NCBI GenBank assembly: GCA_031422435.1 | Contig: JANPLU010000128.1 | Span: 81,431-145,430 of the forward strand | Direction of reading: 5' to 3' | Origin: Acaryochloridaceae cyanobacterium VAR_48_metabat_390 | Lineage (GTDB): Bacteria > Cyanobacteriota > Cyanobacteriia > Thermosynechococcales > Thermosynechococcaceae | Length of the DNA stretch: 64,000 bases | Shown: positions 29,252-38,957 of the stretch, piece by piece | How the letters are laid out: the number at the start of each line of letters is the position of its first letter | Numbering within the stretch: the first letter of the stretch is position 1 | Notes under the pieces: generated by a model | The model's input: only the letters and a program-made list of their open reading frames with translations | The model's database searches: none | Told to the model about the DNA's origin: nothing | Translations under genes and position numbers: made by a program

Positions 29252-30658
29252 TTATGGCAACCATTGAGGTTCAGTGCCCACTGCAATTACTTTAGGATTG
29301 GGCTGAGCGTCTGCCAGGGGCAAAGCCCAAATGTTGGCCTGTGTGGGCGAAGCGCCAGAAGCGGCAGCGGTGCCTTGGTCAAACAAAAGCTGAGAGCCGT
29401 CGGGGGCAAGGCTGAGGGTGACGTTGCGCTGAATAGGTAGGGTGAGGAGTTCGCTGGGCTGGCCTGTTTTTAGGTCAATTTTGGCGATGAAGGGCTGCTC
29501 TTGGTAGTCTTTGCCTGTGACCAGTCGCGTGAGCAGGCAGTACAGTGCATCCCGCTGGGCGGTAAAGCTGGTGCTGAGGATAGAACCACTGGTGCGGAGC
29601 AGTTCTCTCGGGTTCCCTTGATTGTTGACGAGAAAGAGGGAGCGGGTGTAGTCTGTATTAAATTTCACCATGGTGGCGGCAGAGCCATCTCTGGCAAAGT
29701 TCAGCACCATGCCAAACTGCGGCAAAAAGTCGAGGGGCTGGTCGGAGGTCGACTGCGACTGCTTTTCGAGGGGCACTAAGGCTAAGCCTTTGCCTTGTGC
29801 TGCCACTAAGGTTTCGCTGTCGGGCGCAATTAAAAAGTCGCCCGCATTGGCAATCTGAATCTTCTCAGGTTTATCAGTGCCGCGAATTTGCCACAGCCCA
29901 GTCTCGCTGGCGTTTTGGCGCGCAGAGCGCTGCACGACGATGCGATCGCCATTGGCAGACAAATCAAACTTTAAAATCTGATAGTCCTGGTTATCCAACA
30001 CCAAATCCACTTGCCCTATCGCTGTATCCGCCAGTCCGGTAGTGGCTTTGTAGAGCCTTGCATTCAGTTCGCTAGGGTTTGCGGCGCTGCGTTCTGATGC
30101 GGTGAACAGAAGGCGATCGCCCTTAGGATACGCCTTGAAATGCTGCACCAACAGGTTGGCAGGCGTTAAAACCTGTTTTTGATTCTGGGTGAGATTGTAG
30201 AGAATAATCCGTCCAGCCTCATCCCCATTGATACCTAAGTAAGCAAAAGCCAGATCTCGGCTTTTGAACTGGGTACTAAAAGGCATTGCGGTACCGCCAG
30301 AGGCCGCTGTTGCGCCATCGAGCTTAAGCTGAAACGACTTGCCGTAAGCAATGGGCTGGGTCAGCGTATAGGCCAAGCGCCGCCCCGACCAGCTCGTTTT
30401 GCCTGGTAAATCTGGCGAAATCTGAATCTGTTTGGCGACGCTCTGCCAGTTCATTGCGCGATTAAAGGTCAAGGTAAAGGCGATATCTTCCGCGCCGACA
30501 GACTCCTGCGCCCAGCTAAAGTTGCGGACTTGAGGCTGGGTACGATCGCCCCAGATCAGTAGCACCCCTAAGACTAGCCACAGCAAAGCAATTAGGCCAA
30601 CCACAAGACGATCCAAAGGATGCGCTAAAACCGGAAAGCGTTTAAGAAATCCTTTCAT
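29252..30658 (-). CDS. membrane-anchored Ig-like plus TolB-like beta-propeller protein
   Basis: N-terminal TM, FTLTFNRAMN Ig-like motif, repeated 'SxDG' blades, terminal PQWLP. Confidence 0.7.
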   Translation of the reverse strand: MKGFLKRFPVLAHPLDRLVVGLIALLWLVLGVLLIWGDRTQPQVRNFSWAQESVGAEDIAFTLTFNRAMNWQSVAKQIQISPDLPGKTSWSGRRLAYTLTQPIAYGKSFQLKLDGATAASGGTAMPFSTQFKSRDLAFAYLGINGDEAGRIILYNLTQNQKQVLTPANLLVQHFKAYPKGDRLLFTASERSAANPSELNARLYKATTGLADTAIGQVDLVLDNQDYQILKFDLSANGDRIVVQRSARQNASETGLWQIRGTDKPEKIQIANAGDFLIAPDSETLVAAQGKGLALVPLEKQSQSTSDQPLDFLPQFGMVLNFARDGSAATMVKFNTDYTRSLFLVNNQGNPRELLRTSGSILSTSFTAQRDALYCLLTRLVTGKDYQEQPFIAKIDLKTGQPSELLTLPIQRNVTLSLAPDGSQLLFDQGTAAASGASPTQANIWALPLADAQPNPKVIAVGTEPQWLP

Positions 30659-30703
30659 GGAGCATCCTTCAGCGTAAGAGAGACAAAGCAGAATATTTTC
30701 AGC

Positions 30704-31480
30704 CTACATCCCCATAATGGAGTAGCCAGAATCGACGTACAGGATTTGACCCGTGATGCCGCTAGCGAGGTCGCTGCACAAGAACGCCGCCGCATTGCCC
30801 ACTTCGGTCTGCGTCACGGTACGACGCAGGGGCGCAATTTCTTCGACGTGGTGAATCATATCTAAGATTCCACCCACTGCCGAAGATGCCAGGGTGCGGA
30901 TGGGACCCGCAGAAATGGCGTTTACCCTCACATTCTGAGGGCCAAGCTCAGCCGCAAGGTAGCGAACGTTCATCTCTAGAGCAGCTTTGGCAACGCCCAT
31001 GACGTTGTAGTTGGGTATAACCCGTGCGCCGCCCAGATAGGTGAGGGTAACAATGCTGCCGCCTTCGGTCATGAGGGGTTTAGCCGCTCCGCTAAAGCTA
31101 ATGAGAGAGTGAGCGCTAATATCAAGGGCTAGGTTAAAGTTTTCGACTTTGGTATTGCTAAAGTCGCCACTCAGGTCTTCTTTGCTGGCAAAGGCCAAAC
31201 AGTGAATCAAAATATCGAGCTTGCCCCACTGCTCTTTAATGGCTGCAAAGGTCGCTTCAACCTGAGACGCATCCTGGACGTTGCACGGCAAAAATAAGCT
31301 GGGGTTGAGCGGCTCTACCAAGGACTTTACCTTGTCTTCCATTCGTCCCCGCTCATCGGGGAGGTACGTAATGCCTAGGTTTGCGCCAGCGGCGTGGAGC
31401 TGTTGGGCAATGCCCCAAGCAATGGAGCGGTTGTTGGCAATTCCCGTGACAAGGGCATTTTTTCCGTGTAGGTCGAGCAT
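30704..31480 (-). CDS. fabI: enoyl-ACP reductase
   Basis: TGIANNRSIAWGIA, YNVMGVAKAALE and ISAGPIRTLA; ATG at 31480 preferred. Confidence 0.98.
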   Translation of the reverse strand: MLDLHGKNALVTGIANNRSIAWGIAQQLHAAGANLGITYLPDERGRMEDKVKSLVEPLNPSLFLPCNVQDASQVEATFAAIKEQWGKLDILIHCLAFASKEDLSGDFSNTKVENFNLALDISAHSLISFSGAAKPLMTEGGSIVTLTYLGGARVIPNYNVMGVAKAALEMNVRYLAAELGPQNVRVNAISAGPIRTLASSAVGGILDMIHHVEEIAPLRRTVTQTEVGNAAAFLCSDLASGITGQILYVDSGYSIMGM

Positions 31481-31650
31481 AGGCTTGGTTAAGAGTCTTG
31501 ATTTACGGTTCAATCATTGCTTTCCTATTCTTGCAGCTTATGGAGTTTTCGTTAGCCTGGGTTCAGCCAGCGTGAGGACAGAGCTTGACCAAATCAACGC
31601 TTATGGATTTATCCGTTATCTGTACAGATAGGTTCGATATATTTGTAGAA

Positions 31651-31666
31651 TGTATTTTTTAATACA
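31651..31666. promoter_or_regulatory. NtcA binding site upstream of ntcA
   Basis: TGTA-TTTTTTAA-TACA matches GTA-N8-TAC in the fabI/ntcA divergent spacer. Confidence 0.75.
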
Positions 31667-31827
31667 AACGCGATATCTTGAGTTCGATTAAGTGAGTTAG
31701 AGTATCTACTATTCAAGTGCTGACCAAGAGAGCTTTATCTCAATTCTGCGAGGGAATGGGTGCGATTTAGGTCATTTCATCATGAACGGACGAGGCTTAT
31801 TATTTATACCGTGATCAGGTCAAATCT

Positions 31828-32499
31828 ATGGTTGTGACGCAGGATAACCCCTTAGAAGCAGTGTTTCGTCAGATTAACGCTGGGGTTTTTCCGCCGATGG
31901 TTGAGACTTTTGAGCGCGGTAAAACAATCTTTTTTCCTGGAGATCCCGCAGAGCGGGTTTATTTTTTAATTAAAGGTGCCGTAAAGCTCTCCCGCGTTTA
32001 CGAAGCAGGAGAAGAAATTACGGTGGCGCTGCTGCGCGAGAACAGCGTCTTTGGGGTGCTGTCGCTGCTGACTAAAAATCGCTCAGATCGGTTTTATCAT
32101 GCGGTAGCCTTTACCCCTGTGGAGTTGCTTTCTGTGCCGATCGAGCAGGTCGAAAAGGCAATGAAGGAAGATTCGGATTTGCCGATGGTGCTGCTGCGAG
32201 GGCTATCGTCTCGCATTCTGCAAACAGAGATGATGATTGAGACCTTAGCGCACCGAGATATGGGTTCTCGTTTGGTCAGCTTTATTTTAATTCTATGCCG
32301 CGACTTTGGGGCGCAAAGCGGCAACGGCATTACGATTGACCTGAAGCTGTCTCATCAGGCGATCGCAGAGGCGATCGGCTCCACCCGCGTAACCGTCACC
32401 CGTCTGCTGGGTGAACTGCGCGATCAGGGCATGATTTCAATTAACAAGAAAAAAATTACGGTACATAACCCGATTTTGTTAGGACAGAAGTTTGCATAG
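31828..32499 (+). CDS. ntcA: global nitrogen regulator (CRP family)
   Basis: [20 protein letters not shown] and [21 protein letters not shown]; divergent from fabI. Confidence 0.98.
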   Translation: MVVTQDNPLEAVFRQINAGVFPPMVETFERGKTIFFPGDPAERVYFLIKGAVKLSRVYEAGEEITVALLRENSVFGVLSLLTKNRSDRFYHAVAFTPVELLSVPIEQVEKAMKEDSDLPMVLLRGLSSRILQTEMMIETLAHRDMGSRLVSFILILCRDFGAQSGNGITIDLKLSHQAIAEAIGSTRVTVTRLLGELRDQGMISINKKKITVHNPILLGQKFA

Positions 32500-32514
32500 A
32501 TACGGTGAATTGCC

Positions 32515-33093
32515 ATGCAGGCCATAGAAGCCAGACCCCGCTATACTCCCGCCGAATATCTCGCCCTAGAAGATAAGGCCGAAGGTAAAAGCGAATATGA
32601 TGATGGCGAGATTATCCATATGACAGGCGGCTCCTTCAACCACAATCGAATCATTAACCGCATCTGTGCCTATCTGTTGAATGCCCTTAAAGGCAAGAAC
32701 TATGAACCTTTCAGCAGTGACGTTCGCCTGTGGATTTCTAAATATCGAAAATTTACCTACCCCGACGTAATGGTGATTCAAGGCGAACCCATCGCCTACG
32801 AAAATCGAACCGACACCCTCATCAATCCACGCCTGATTATTGAAGTGCTTTCTAAATCTACGGAAGATTATGATCAAGGCGATAAATTTAAGTTCTACCG
32901 CTCCATCCCAGACCTGCAAGAATATCTGCTGATTAGTCAGTATGAGCTAGACATTCAGCACTACACCAAAAGCGATGACGGCTTCTGGATTTACCGAACG
33001 TATGAGTCTTTAGAGGAGACAATCATCCTCACCTCAATCAATACCGAGATTATCGTCGCCAACATCTACGAAGGTGTAGCTTTTGAAGGTTAA
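32515..33093 (+). CDS. Uma2 family PD-(D/E)XK endonuclease-like protein
   Basis: EYDDGEI, YPDVMV, IIEVLSKST and DKFKFYR..LQEYLLISQ. Confidence 0.92.
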   Translation: MQAIEARPRYTPAEYLALEDKAEGKSEYDDGEIIHMTGGSFNHNRIINRICAYLLNALKGKNYEPFSSDVRLWISKYRKFTYPDVMVIQGEPIAYENRTDTLINPRLIIEVLSKSTEDYDQGDKFKFYRSIPDLQEYLLISQYELDIQHYTKSDDGFWIYRTYESLEETIILTSINTEIIVANIYEGVAFEG

Positions 33094-33104
33094 GCATTAG
33101 CGCT

Positions 33105-33674
33105 ATGACCGTGGCAGATTCTGCATCATTGCAAACCCTGGATCGCCTCATTTTAGTAACAGGGCCTTCTCGCTCCGGTAAAAGCGCCTGGGCAGAAGCG
33201 TTAGCGGCTCAGGCGCAGCAGCCTGTTTTGTATATTGCTACATCTATTAATAACCCAGACGACCTTGAGTGGCAGAAGCGGATTCAACTGCACTGCGATC
33301 GCCGTCCCCCTCATTGGCAACTCCAAGAAGTCCCCAACGCGCTAGCAGAGGCGATCACCCAAACCCCAGCTCACCACTGCATTCTGATTGATTCTCTGGG
33401 CACCTGGCTTGCCAACCAGCTAGAGCAAAGCGCCGAAGAGTGGCAAACCACAGAAGCTGCGCTTTTAGATACCCTTCAGTACAGCCCCCAGCAAATTATT
33501 TTAGTCTCAGAAGAAGTGGGGTGGGGCATAGTGCCAGCTTACCCAGCGGGGCGACTGTTTCGTGATCGCCTGGGCGCCTTGGCACAGCGCATTGGCGTTT
33601 TGGCAGACCAAGTTTACCTCGTTACCGCAGGTTACGCCCTAGACATCAAAGCCCTGGGGCATCTCGTCCCCTAA
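33105..33674 (+). CDS. cobU: adenosylcobinamide kinase / guanylyltransferase
   Basis: GPSRSGKS, YIAT, IDSLGTW, VSEEVGWGIVP and FRDRLG. Confidence 0.95.
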   Translation: MTVADSASLQTLDRLILVTGPSRSGKSAWAEALAAQAQQPVLYIATSINNPDDLEWQKRIQLHCDRRPPHWQLQEVPNALAEAITQTPAHHCILIDSLGTWLANQLEQSAEEWQTTEAALLDTLQYSPQQIILVSEEVGWGIVPAYPAGRLFRDRLGALAQRIGVLADQVYLVTAGYALDIKALGHLVP

Positions 33675-33681
33675 GCTTTTA

Positions 33682-33960
33682 CTAATCCCAGTCTTGACCA
33701 ACATCCTGATCGCGGACGGCAGAATCTGCAAAAGCCGCTTCATCAAAGTCATCGTACACCGACCCAAATCGCCAGATCAGCGGCAGAACCACCGCCAACA
33801 GTAGCCCCACCGCAAAACTGACGCTAAGCACCAGCCCAACGGGTAGCTCAATCGACTGCCAACCCAAAAACTGAACCGAGATCGATGCCGCATTTTGCAC
33901 AGAAACCAGTGCCGCGCCTACAACCGCCAACGCAATTATCAAAAAGGCGACCAACTTCAT
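33682..33960 (-). CDS. LapA family (DUF1049) small membrane protein
   Basis: SVQNAASISVQFLGW..LPVGLVL; two TM segments. Confidence 0.8.
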   Translation of the reverse strand: MKLVAFLIIALAVVGAALVSVQNAASISVQFLGWQSIELPVGLVLSVSFAVGLLLAVVLPLIWRFGSVYDDFDEAAFADSAVRDQDVGQDWD

Positions 33961-34254
33961 TGCCCTATAAATTCCTTTTTATTATTAAAAATGCCAAAAA
34001 TACTCGTTTCAAACCTGTCCTAGCCCGCTGCACCATTATGGCTTTGCACCTTACTAAATGTCGGCACTAATACATAGAGCGATACATAACAATGCAGTCG
34101 GTAACACGCCGATGACAGTGGAGCGGTTATCGGTCGGTGATCTAAGATTGGCAAATGCACCTTATAATTCAGCAGAACTGCGGCAAACCCCTCTCTGCTG
34201 AAGGGTACAGCTTTACCGACTTCATTCCTCCTTGGCGCGTCAGGCATTTTTCCT

Positions 34255-36708
34255 ATGGCAAAACAGCTAAATCTTCTGTCTTCGGGTAAGGTCGTTGACA
34301 CCGCACTGCATACCGAGATGGAGCAATCGTACCTAGAGTACGCCATGAGCGTAATTGTGGGTCGGGCATTGCCAGACGTGAGGGATGGTCTGAAGCCCGT
34401 CCATCGCCGCATTCTTTATGCCATGCACGAGCTGGGCTTAACCCCTGACCGTCCCTACCGGAAATGCGCCCGTGTCGTCGGGGATGTGCTGGGGAAATAC
34501 CACCCCCACGGCGACCAGTCTGTCTATGACGCGCTGGTGCGGCTGGTGCAGTCTTTTTCGACCCGCTATCCGCTGCTTGACGGGCACGGCAATTTTGGCT
34601 CGGTGGATAACGACCCCCCTGCCGCGATGCGCTACACCGAAACGCGCCTTGCGGGGGTCGCCAACCAGACGCTTTTAGAAGAGATTGGGGAGTCAACCGT
34701 TGACTTTATTGGCAACTTTGACAACTCTCAGCAAGAACCCACGGTGCTGCCTGCCCAGCTCCCCATTTTGCTGCTCAACGGCTGCTCTGGTATTGCCGTG
34801 GGCATGGCAACCAACATCCCACCCCACAATTTAGGGGAGGTTGTGGATGCGCTGATTGCGCTGATTGATAAGCCCACGCTCACGGCGCAGGAACTCCAGA
34901 CCTACATCCCTGGCCCAGACTTCCCCACGGGGGGCGAAATTATTGGTACAGAGGGCATCACTGAAGCCTACGCGACGGGGCGGGGCAGCATTACGGTGCG
35001 GGGTATTACTCAGTTTGAAGAAGCTCAGGCTGGGAAGGGTAAGCATCGACGCACTGCGATTATCATTACGGAGCTGCCCTTTCAGGTGAATAAGGCAGCA
35101 CTGATTGAGAAAACTGCGGCACTAGTGAATGCAGAAAAAATTCAGGGCATTGCTGACCTGCGAGACGAAAGCGATCGCGAGGGGATGCGGATCGTCATTG
35201 AGCTAAAGCGAGACGTCTCCCCCGAGCAGGTGCTCGAGCAGCTTTACCGCCAGACGGCGCTGCAAAGTAACTTTGGCGTGATTACGCTGGCGATCGTTAA
35301 CGGTCAGCCTAGGCAGTTGCCGCTCAAAGAGCTACTGGAAGAGTTTTTGCAGTTCCGTGAAGATACGCTGATTCGGCGATATCAGCATGACCTCAGCCAA
35401 GCCCAAAGCCGGATTGAGATTGTAGAGGGTTTACTGCGCGCCCTCGAAAACCTAGATGCGCTGATTGATATTTTGCGAAATGCCCCCGATGGCACCTCGG
35501 CAAAGCAGGAACTACAGGCGCGGTTTGGGTTAGACGATCGCCAATCTGACGCAATTTTGGGGATGCCCATGCGTCGCCTGACGGGGTTAGAACAGCAAAA
35601 TTTACGGAGCGAATTTGAAGAACTCACCCAGCAAATTCAGCAGCTAAACCAGCGCCTGAGCGATCGCAAAGAGCGCCTCAAAATCCTGAAGCAGGATCTG
35701 CGTACCCTGAAGCGTAAGTACAGCGACCCCCGCCGCACCCGCATTGAAACTGCCGCACCCGAAAAGCTAGTGCCCCTTAGCCCGCCAGCTAAAGATGAGC
35801 CAGTGCAGATTGAGCTATCGCAGAAGGGATATATCCGCTGGGTGAAAAACACAGGCCGCGCCCGTAAAAATAGCCTCGAAACGTCAAATCAGCTCCAGGA
35901 CTCTGCTCAAGATTTACCCATTTATAGGGGCACTGCGCTGCTTGCGGAACAGCTTTTGGTATTTACCACCAGCGGCAAAGCTTATACGGTCAACCTTTCC
36001 GATATCCCTGGCTCATCGGGGCGCGATCGCGGGACGCCGCTAGTCACGCTGTTAAGCGAGTCTGCCCAAGCCGAAGCGGTGATTGCCCAATTTTTGCCCT
36101 CTGACTACGCAACGGCAGAACGGTTTCTCTTCCTCACGCGGCAGGGACGGTTTAAGTGGTTGACAACCGCAGAGTTTACGGATTTAACCGCCCGTGGGCT
36201 AAGCGCACTTAAGCTTAAAGACGACGATCAGCTCCAGTTTGTAGTCCCCGCAACGGCGGAGATGGAAGTGGCGATCGCCACGTCTACGGGTCGTCTGGCG
36301 CGATTCCCGCTCTTGGAAGTGCCAGAAATGGGTCGTCCGGCCTTGGGGAATCAGGTGTTACGGCTCATGAGGCAGGAGGTCTTAGTGGGGTTAGCGGCAG
36401 TCTCAGACCCTGCGGAAATTTTGCTATTGTCCCGTCAGGGTTACGCGAAACGTCTGCCTTTGGCCTCTGCGCGCCTGGGACATCCAGGGGGATTGGGTAC
36501 GCCTTTAGTGCAGTTTGCAAAGAAAACCGATGCCTTAATCACCATGATGCTTGTCCAGCCAGATCGTGACCTGTACGTCACCACCGACCAAAACCGTGCT
36601 GCCGCTGTCGCTCCACAAGATCTGCCGATGGCAACCAAGGAGGGGGCTGGCACCCTTTGGATCAAGCCCAGCGCTAATGAACAGCTCGTGAGCGCATTTT
36701 TGATGTAG
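34255..36708 (+). CDS. type IIA topoisomerase subunit A (GyrA paralogue, ParC-like)
   Basis: [22 protein letters not shown] and AAMRYTE (catalytic Tyr); beta-pinwheel C-terminal domain without a QxRGGxG GyrA-box. Confidence 0.92.
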   Translation: MAKQLNLLSSGKVVDTALHTEMEQSYLEYAMSVIVGRALPDVRDGLKPVHRRILYAMHELGLTPDRPYRKCARVVGDVLGKYHPHGDQSVYDALVRLVQSFSTRYPLLDGHGNFGSVDNDPPAAMRYTETRLAGVANQTLLEEIGESTVDFIGNFDNSQQEPTVLPAQLPILLLNGCSGIAVGMATNIPPHNLGEVVDALIALIDKPTLTAQELQTYIPGPDFPTGGEIIGTEGITEAYATGRGSITVRGITQFEEAQAGKGKHRRTAIIITELPFQVNKAALIEKTAALVNAEKIQGIADLRDESDREGMRIVIELKRDVSPEQVLEQLYRQTALQSNFGVITLAIVNGQPRQLPLKELLEEFLQFREDTLIRRYQHDLSQAQSRIEIVEGLLRALENLDALIDILRNAPDGTSAKQELQARFGLDDRQSDAILGMPMRRLTGLEQQNLRSEFEELTQQIQQLNQRLSDRKERLKILKQDLRTLKRKYSDPRRTRIETAAPEKLVPLSPPAKDEPVQIELSQKGYIRWVKNTGRARKNSLETSNQLQDSAQDLPIYRGTALLAEQLLVFTTSGKAYTVNLSDIPGSSGRDRGTPLVTLLSESAQAEAVIAQFLPSDYATAERFLFLTRQGRFKWLTTAEFTDLTARGLSALKLKDDDQLQFVVPATAEMEVAIATSTGRLARFPLLEVPEMGRPALGNQVLRLMRQEVLVGLAAVSDPAEILLLSRQGYAKRLPLASARLGHPGGLGTPLVQFAKKTDALITMMLVQPDRDLYVTTDQNRAAAVAPQDLPMATKEGAGTLWIKPSANEQLVSAFLM

Positions 36709-36724
36709 AACAACTTCCCATTTT

Positions 36725-38845
36725 TCAAGACATGGGCTGAAACCCTGTGTTAAACGTTGGGCACAGCGGTAAATCGACGGTAAAGGTCGTGACCCCCTCA
36801 CCACTCTCAACCCCAATGCTGCCCTGAAGTTGCTCAACCAGGCGCTTCACGAGGGCTAGCCCTAGCCCTGTGCCACCCTGCTTCCAGGGGTCGGAGTTGG
36901 GGACACGATAGAACTTGTCAAAAATGCGAGATAGCTCATGTTGGGGAATTTCAGACTCATTGGCAACTTTGATATGAACTGCGTTTTGGGGTTCCCCAAT
37001 ATGGCTAATGTTGAGCGAAACTTTGCCCCCCTGCGCCGTATATTTGCAGGCATTATTTAATAGCTCTGCCAAAATGCGCTCTAAGCAGGCTCTATCCGAC
37101 TTGATGGCAGGCAGATCCGGCTCACACGCGACTGAAAACTGCTGTTCTCGCTCACCCAGCCGAGACTGGAAGGGCTGAAGTATACGCGGAATTAAATCCT
37201 GTAGCTGAACATCTTCAACCCCCACTGGGTTTACGCCAGCCTCCAGGCGCTGAAGATCAAGAAGGTCGTTAATCAGCTCAGTTTCCCGTCCGCACTCAGA
37301 GTCCAAAATGTCGATATAGCGCTTCTGGCGCTGCTCTAGAGGGAACTGGTTGAGCATGTGAATCGCCATTTTGATGTTAGACATGGGCGTTCGCAGCTCG
37401 TGGGAGACGGTGCTTAAAAAGTCGTCCTTGAGGTTATTGAGCCGCTCTAGCTCCTGCATTTTTTGCTGAAGCTGAGCGGTGCGCTCCTGTACCTGGCGCT
37501 CTAGGTCTGCGTTGAGATCCTGCACCTTTTGGTAAAGCTGGGCTTGGTGAATGGCGATCGCACACTGGTCTGCAATGGTTTTGACCAGCCCTCGCTCATC
37601 GGTATTCCAGTCGCGCAGCACGTTATTGGTGGGGTTGCTCTTCTGAAAGAGGCTGATACTGCCCAAGTAGTTTTGCAGATAAATCAGCGGCGTCATGAGT
37701 ACCGAAGACACCTGGCACTGCTGGGCGATCGCCAGAATTTCGAGATTTAGCCCACTATCTTCATCGGTCAGCACCACCTGGTTTCCCTGGGCCATCGCCT
37801 CCTGACACAGTCGCAGAAACCGTTCGTTCCCCTGAATCAGATCGTGACGACCTACCGCCGTATGGCTCACATAGTGATTCACCATTTCACCATCGGCGCT
37901 AATTTGCACAATGATGCAGTGGCTGGCTTCGAGCGCCTCTAGCAGCAGCCCTACGGTAATTTGCAGCACTTCTGCCGTCACCATCGTGCCGCGCATCGCC
38001 TGCACAATCCGGTTAATAATGGCCTCCCGCTGCGCCTGATGGCGGAGCTGCTCTTCGGCGCGCTTGCGCTCGGTAATGTCTGCGACGTAGCTACGGACGA
38101 GGTCGCTCTCGGCAATGTAGTGTACCGACTGCTCAAACACGCGATCACCAATTTCCACTTCTCGCACAAAAAAGTTGCGATGACCGGGCTGGGCAGGCTT
38201 CGCCATCGGCAATAGCCCCTGAAGCATCGGGTGCAGTACCCCAATGTCTGAAATATCAGGGAACTGCATGACTGCCGAGGGGTTAAGATACGTCACAATT
38301 CCAGACAGATCAATTTCTAGAATGGGGTAAGGGGTCAGCTCAGGAAACGAAGCCAGCCGCACCAGGGCGGCTTCGCTCATGTCCTGGAAGTCATCATCCG
38401 TTGGCACTAAAGTCTGAAAGGGATTAACGGAGTTAGACAGAATGGTTGAGAGATCTTTCGCTTCTACAAACCGATCAAAATCAGAATCGGTCAGGTTAGA
38501 AATGGCGTAATATTTTGCCCGAACATCTCCACCAAAAACCACCATATCCCCATGCTTGAGATCATGGGAAAAGAGCCGCCGCCCGTTAATAATTAGCCCG
38601 TTGGTGCTGCGCTTGCCCTGCAAGTCGCCATCAATCATGCGGAACAGATAGGTGGAAGAATCTGGAGACGTGACCCGCAGCAAAATGGCGTGCTGTCGGG
38701 ACACCATTTTGGAGTGCAGCACCACGGAATTGGTTGAATCCCGACCAATTGAATAGGTGGCGGCCTCTAGAGGTACCGTCCGCCGCCCCTTAGCATCATC
38801 AATAATCAGCAGATGACGAAACCGATTGCGTTGGTCTTGATCCAT
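36725..38845 (-). CDS. FHA-PAS-GAF sensor histidine kinase
   Basis: FHA (IGRD, VSRQHA, STNG), PAS-like segment, GAF, SHELRTP H-box, NNACKY and GGTGLGL. Confidence 0.92.
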   Translation of the reverse strand: MDQDQRNRFRHLLIIDDAKGRRTVPLEAATYSIGRDSTNSVVLHSKMVSRQHAILLRVTSPDSSTYLFRMIDGDLQGKRSTNGLIINGRRLFSHDLKHGDMVVFGGDVRAKYYAISNLTDSDFDRFVEAKDLSTILSNSVNPFQTLVPTDDDFQDMSEAALVRLASFPELTPYPILEIDLSGIVTYLNPSAVMQFPDISDIGVLHPMLQGLLPMAKPAQPGHRNFFVREVEIGDRVFEQSVHYIAESDLVRSYVADITERKRAEEQLRHQAQREAIINRIVQAMRGTMVTAEVLQITVGLLLEALEASHCIIVQISADGEMVNHYVSHTAVGRHDLIQGNERFLRLCQEAMAQGNQVVLTDEDSGLNLEILAIAQQCQVSSVLMTPLIYLQNYLGSISLFQKSNPTNNVLRDWNTDERGLVKTIADQCAIAIHQAQLYQKVQDLNADLERQVQERTAQLQQKMQELERLNNLKDDFLSTVSHELRTPMSNIKMAIHMLNQFPLEQRQKRYIDILDSECGRETELINDLLDLQRLEAGVNPVGVEDVQLQDLIPRILQPFQSRLGEREQQFSVACEPDLPAIKSDRACLERILAELLNNACKYTAQGGKVSLNISHIGEPQNAVHIKVANESEIPQHELSRIFDKFYRVPNSDPWKQGGTGLGLALVKRLVEQLQGSIGVESGEGVTTFTVDLPLCPTFNTGFQPMS

Positions 38846-38957
38846 GATTTTCGTCTGTGCTGAGGGACAAGTTCAGATTCTTTCTCTCGCCCTGGGAGAC
38901 AGGAGAGGGGCAAAAGTGTAGGGTCTTTAATTCATGATCCTTAGCCAATCTTAAGGG

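Noticed and set aside
34020..34696. Two minus-strand ORFs (130 and 147 aa)
   Set aside because: Antisense to the conserved topoisomerase N-terminus
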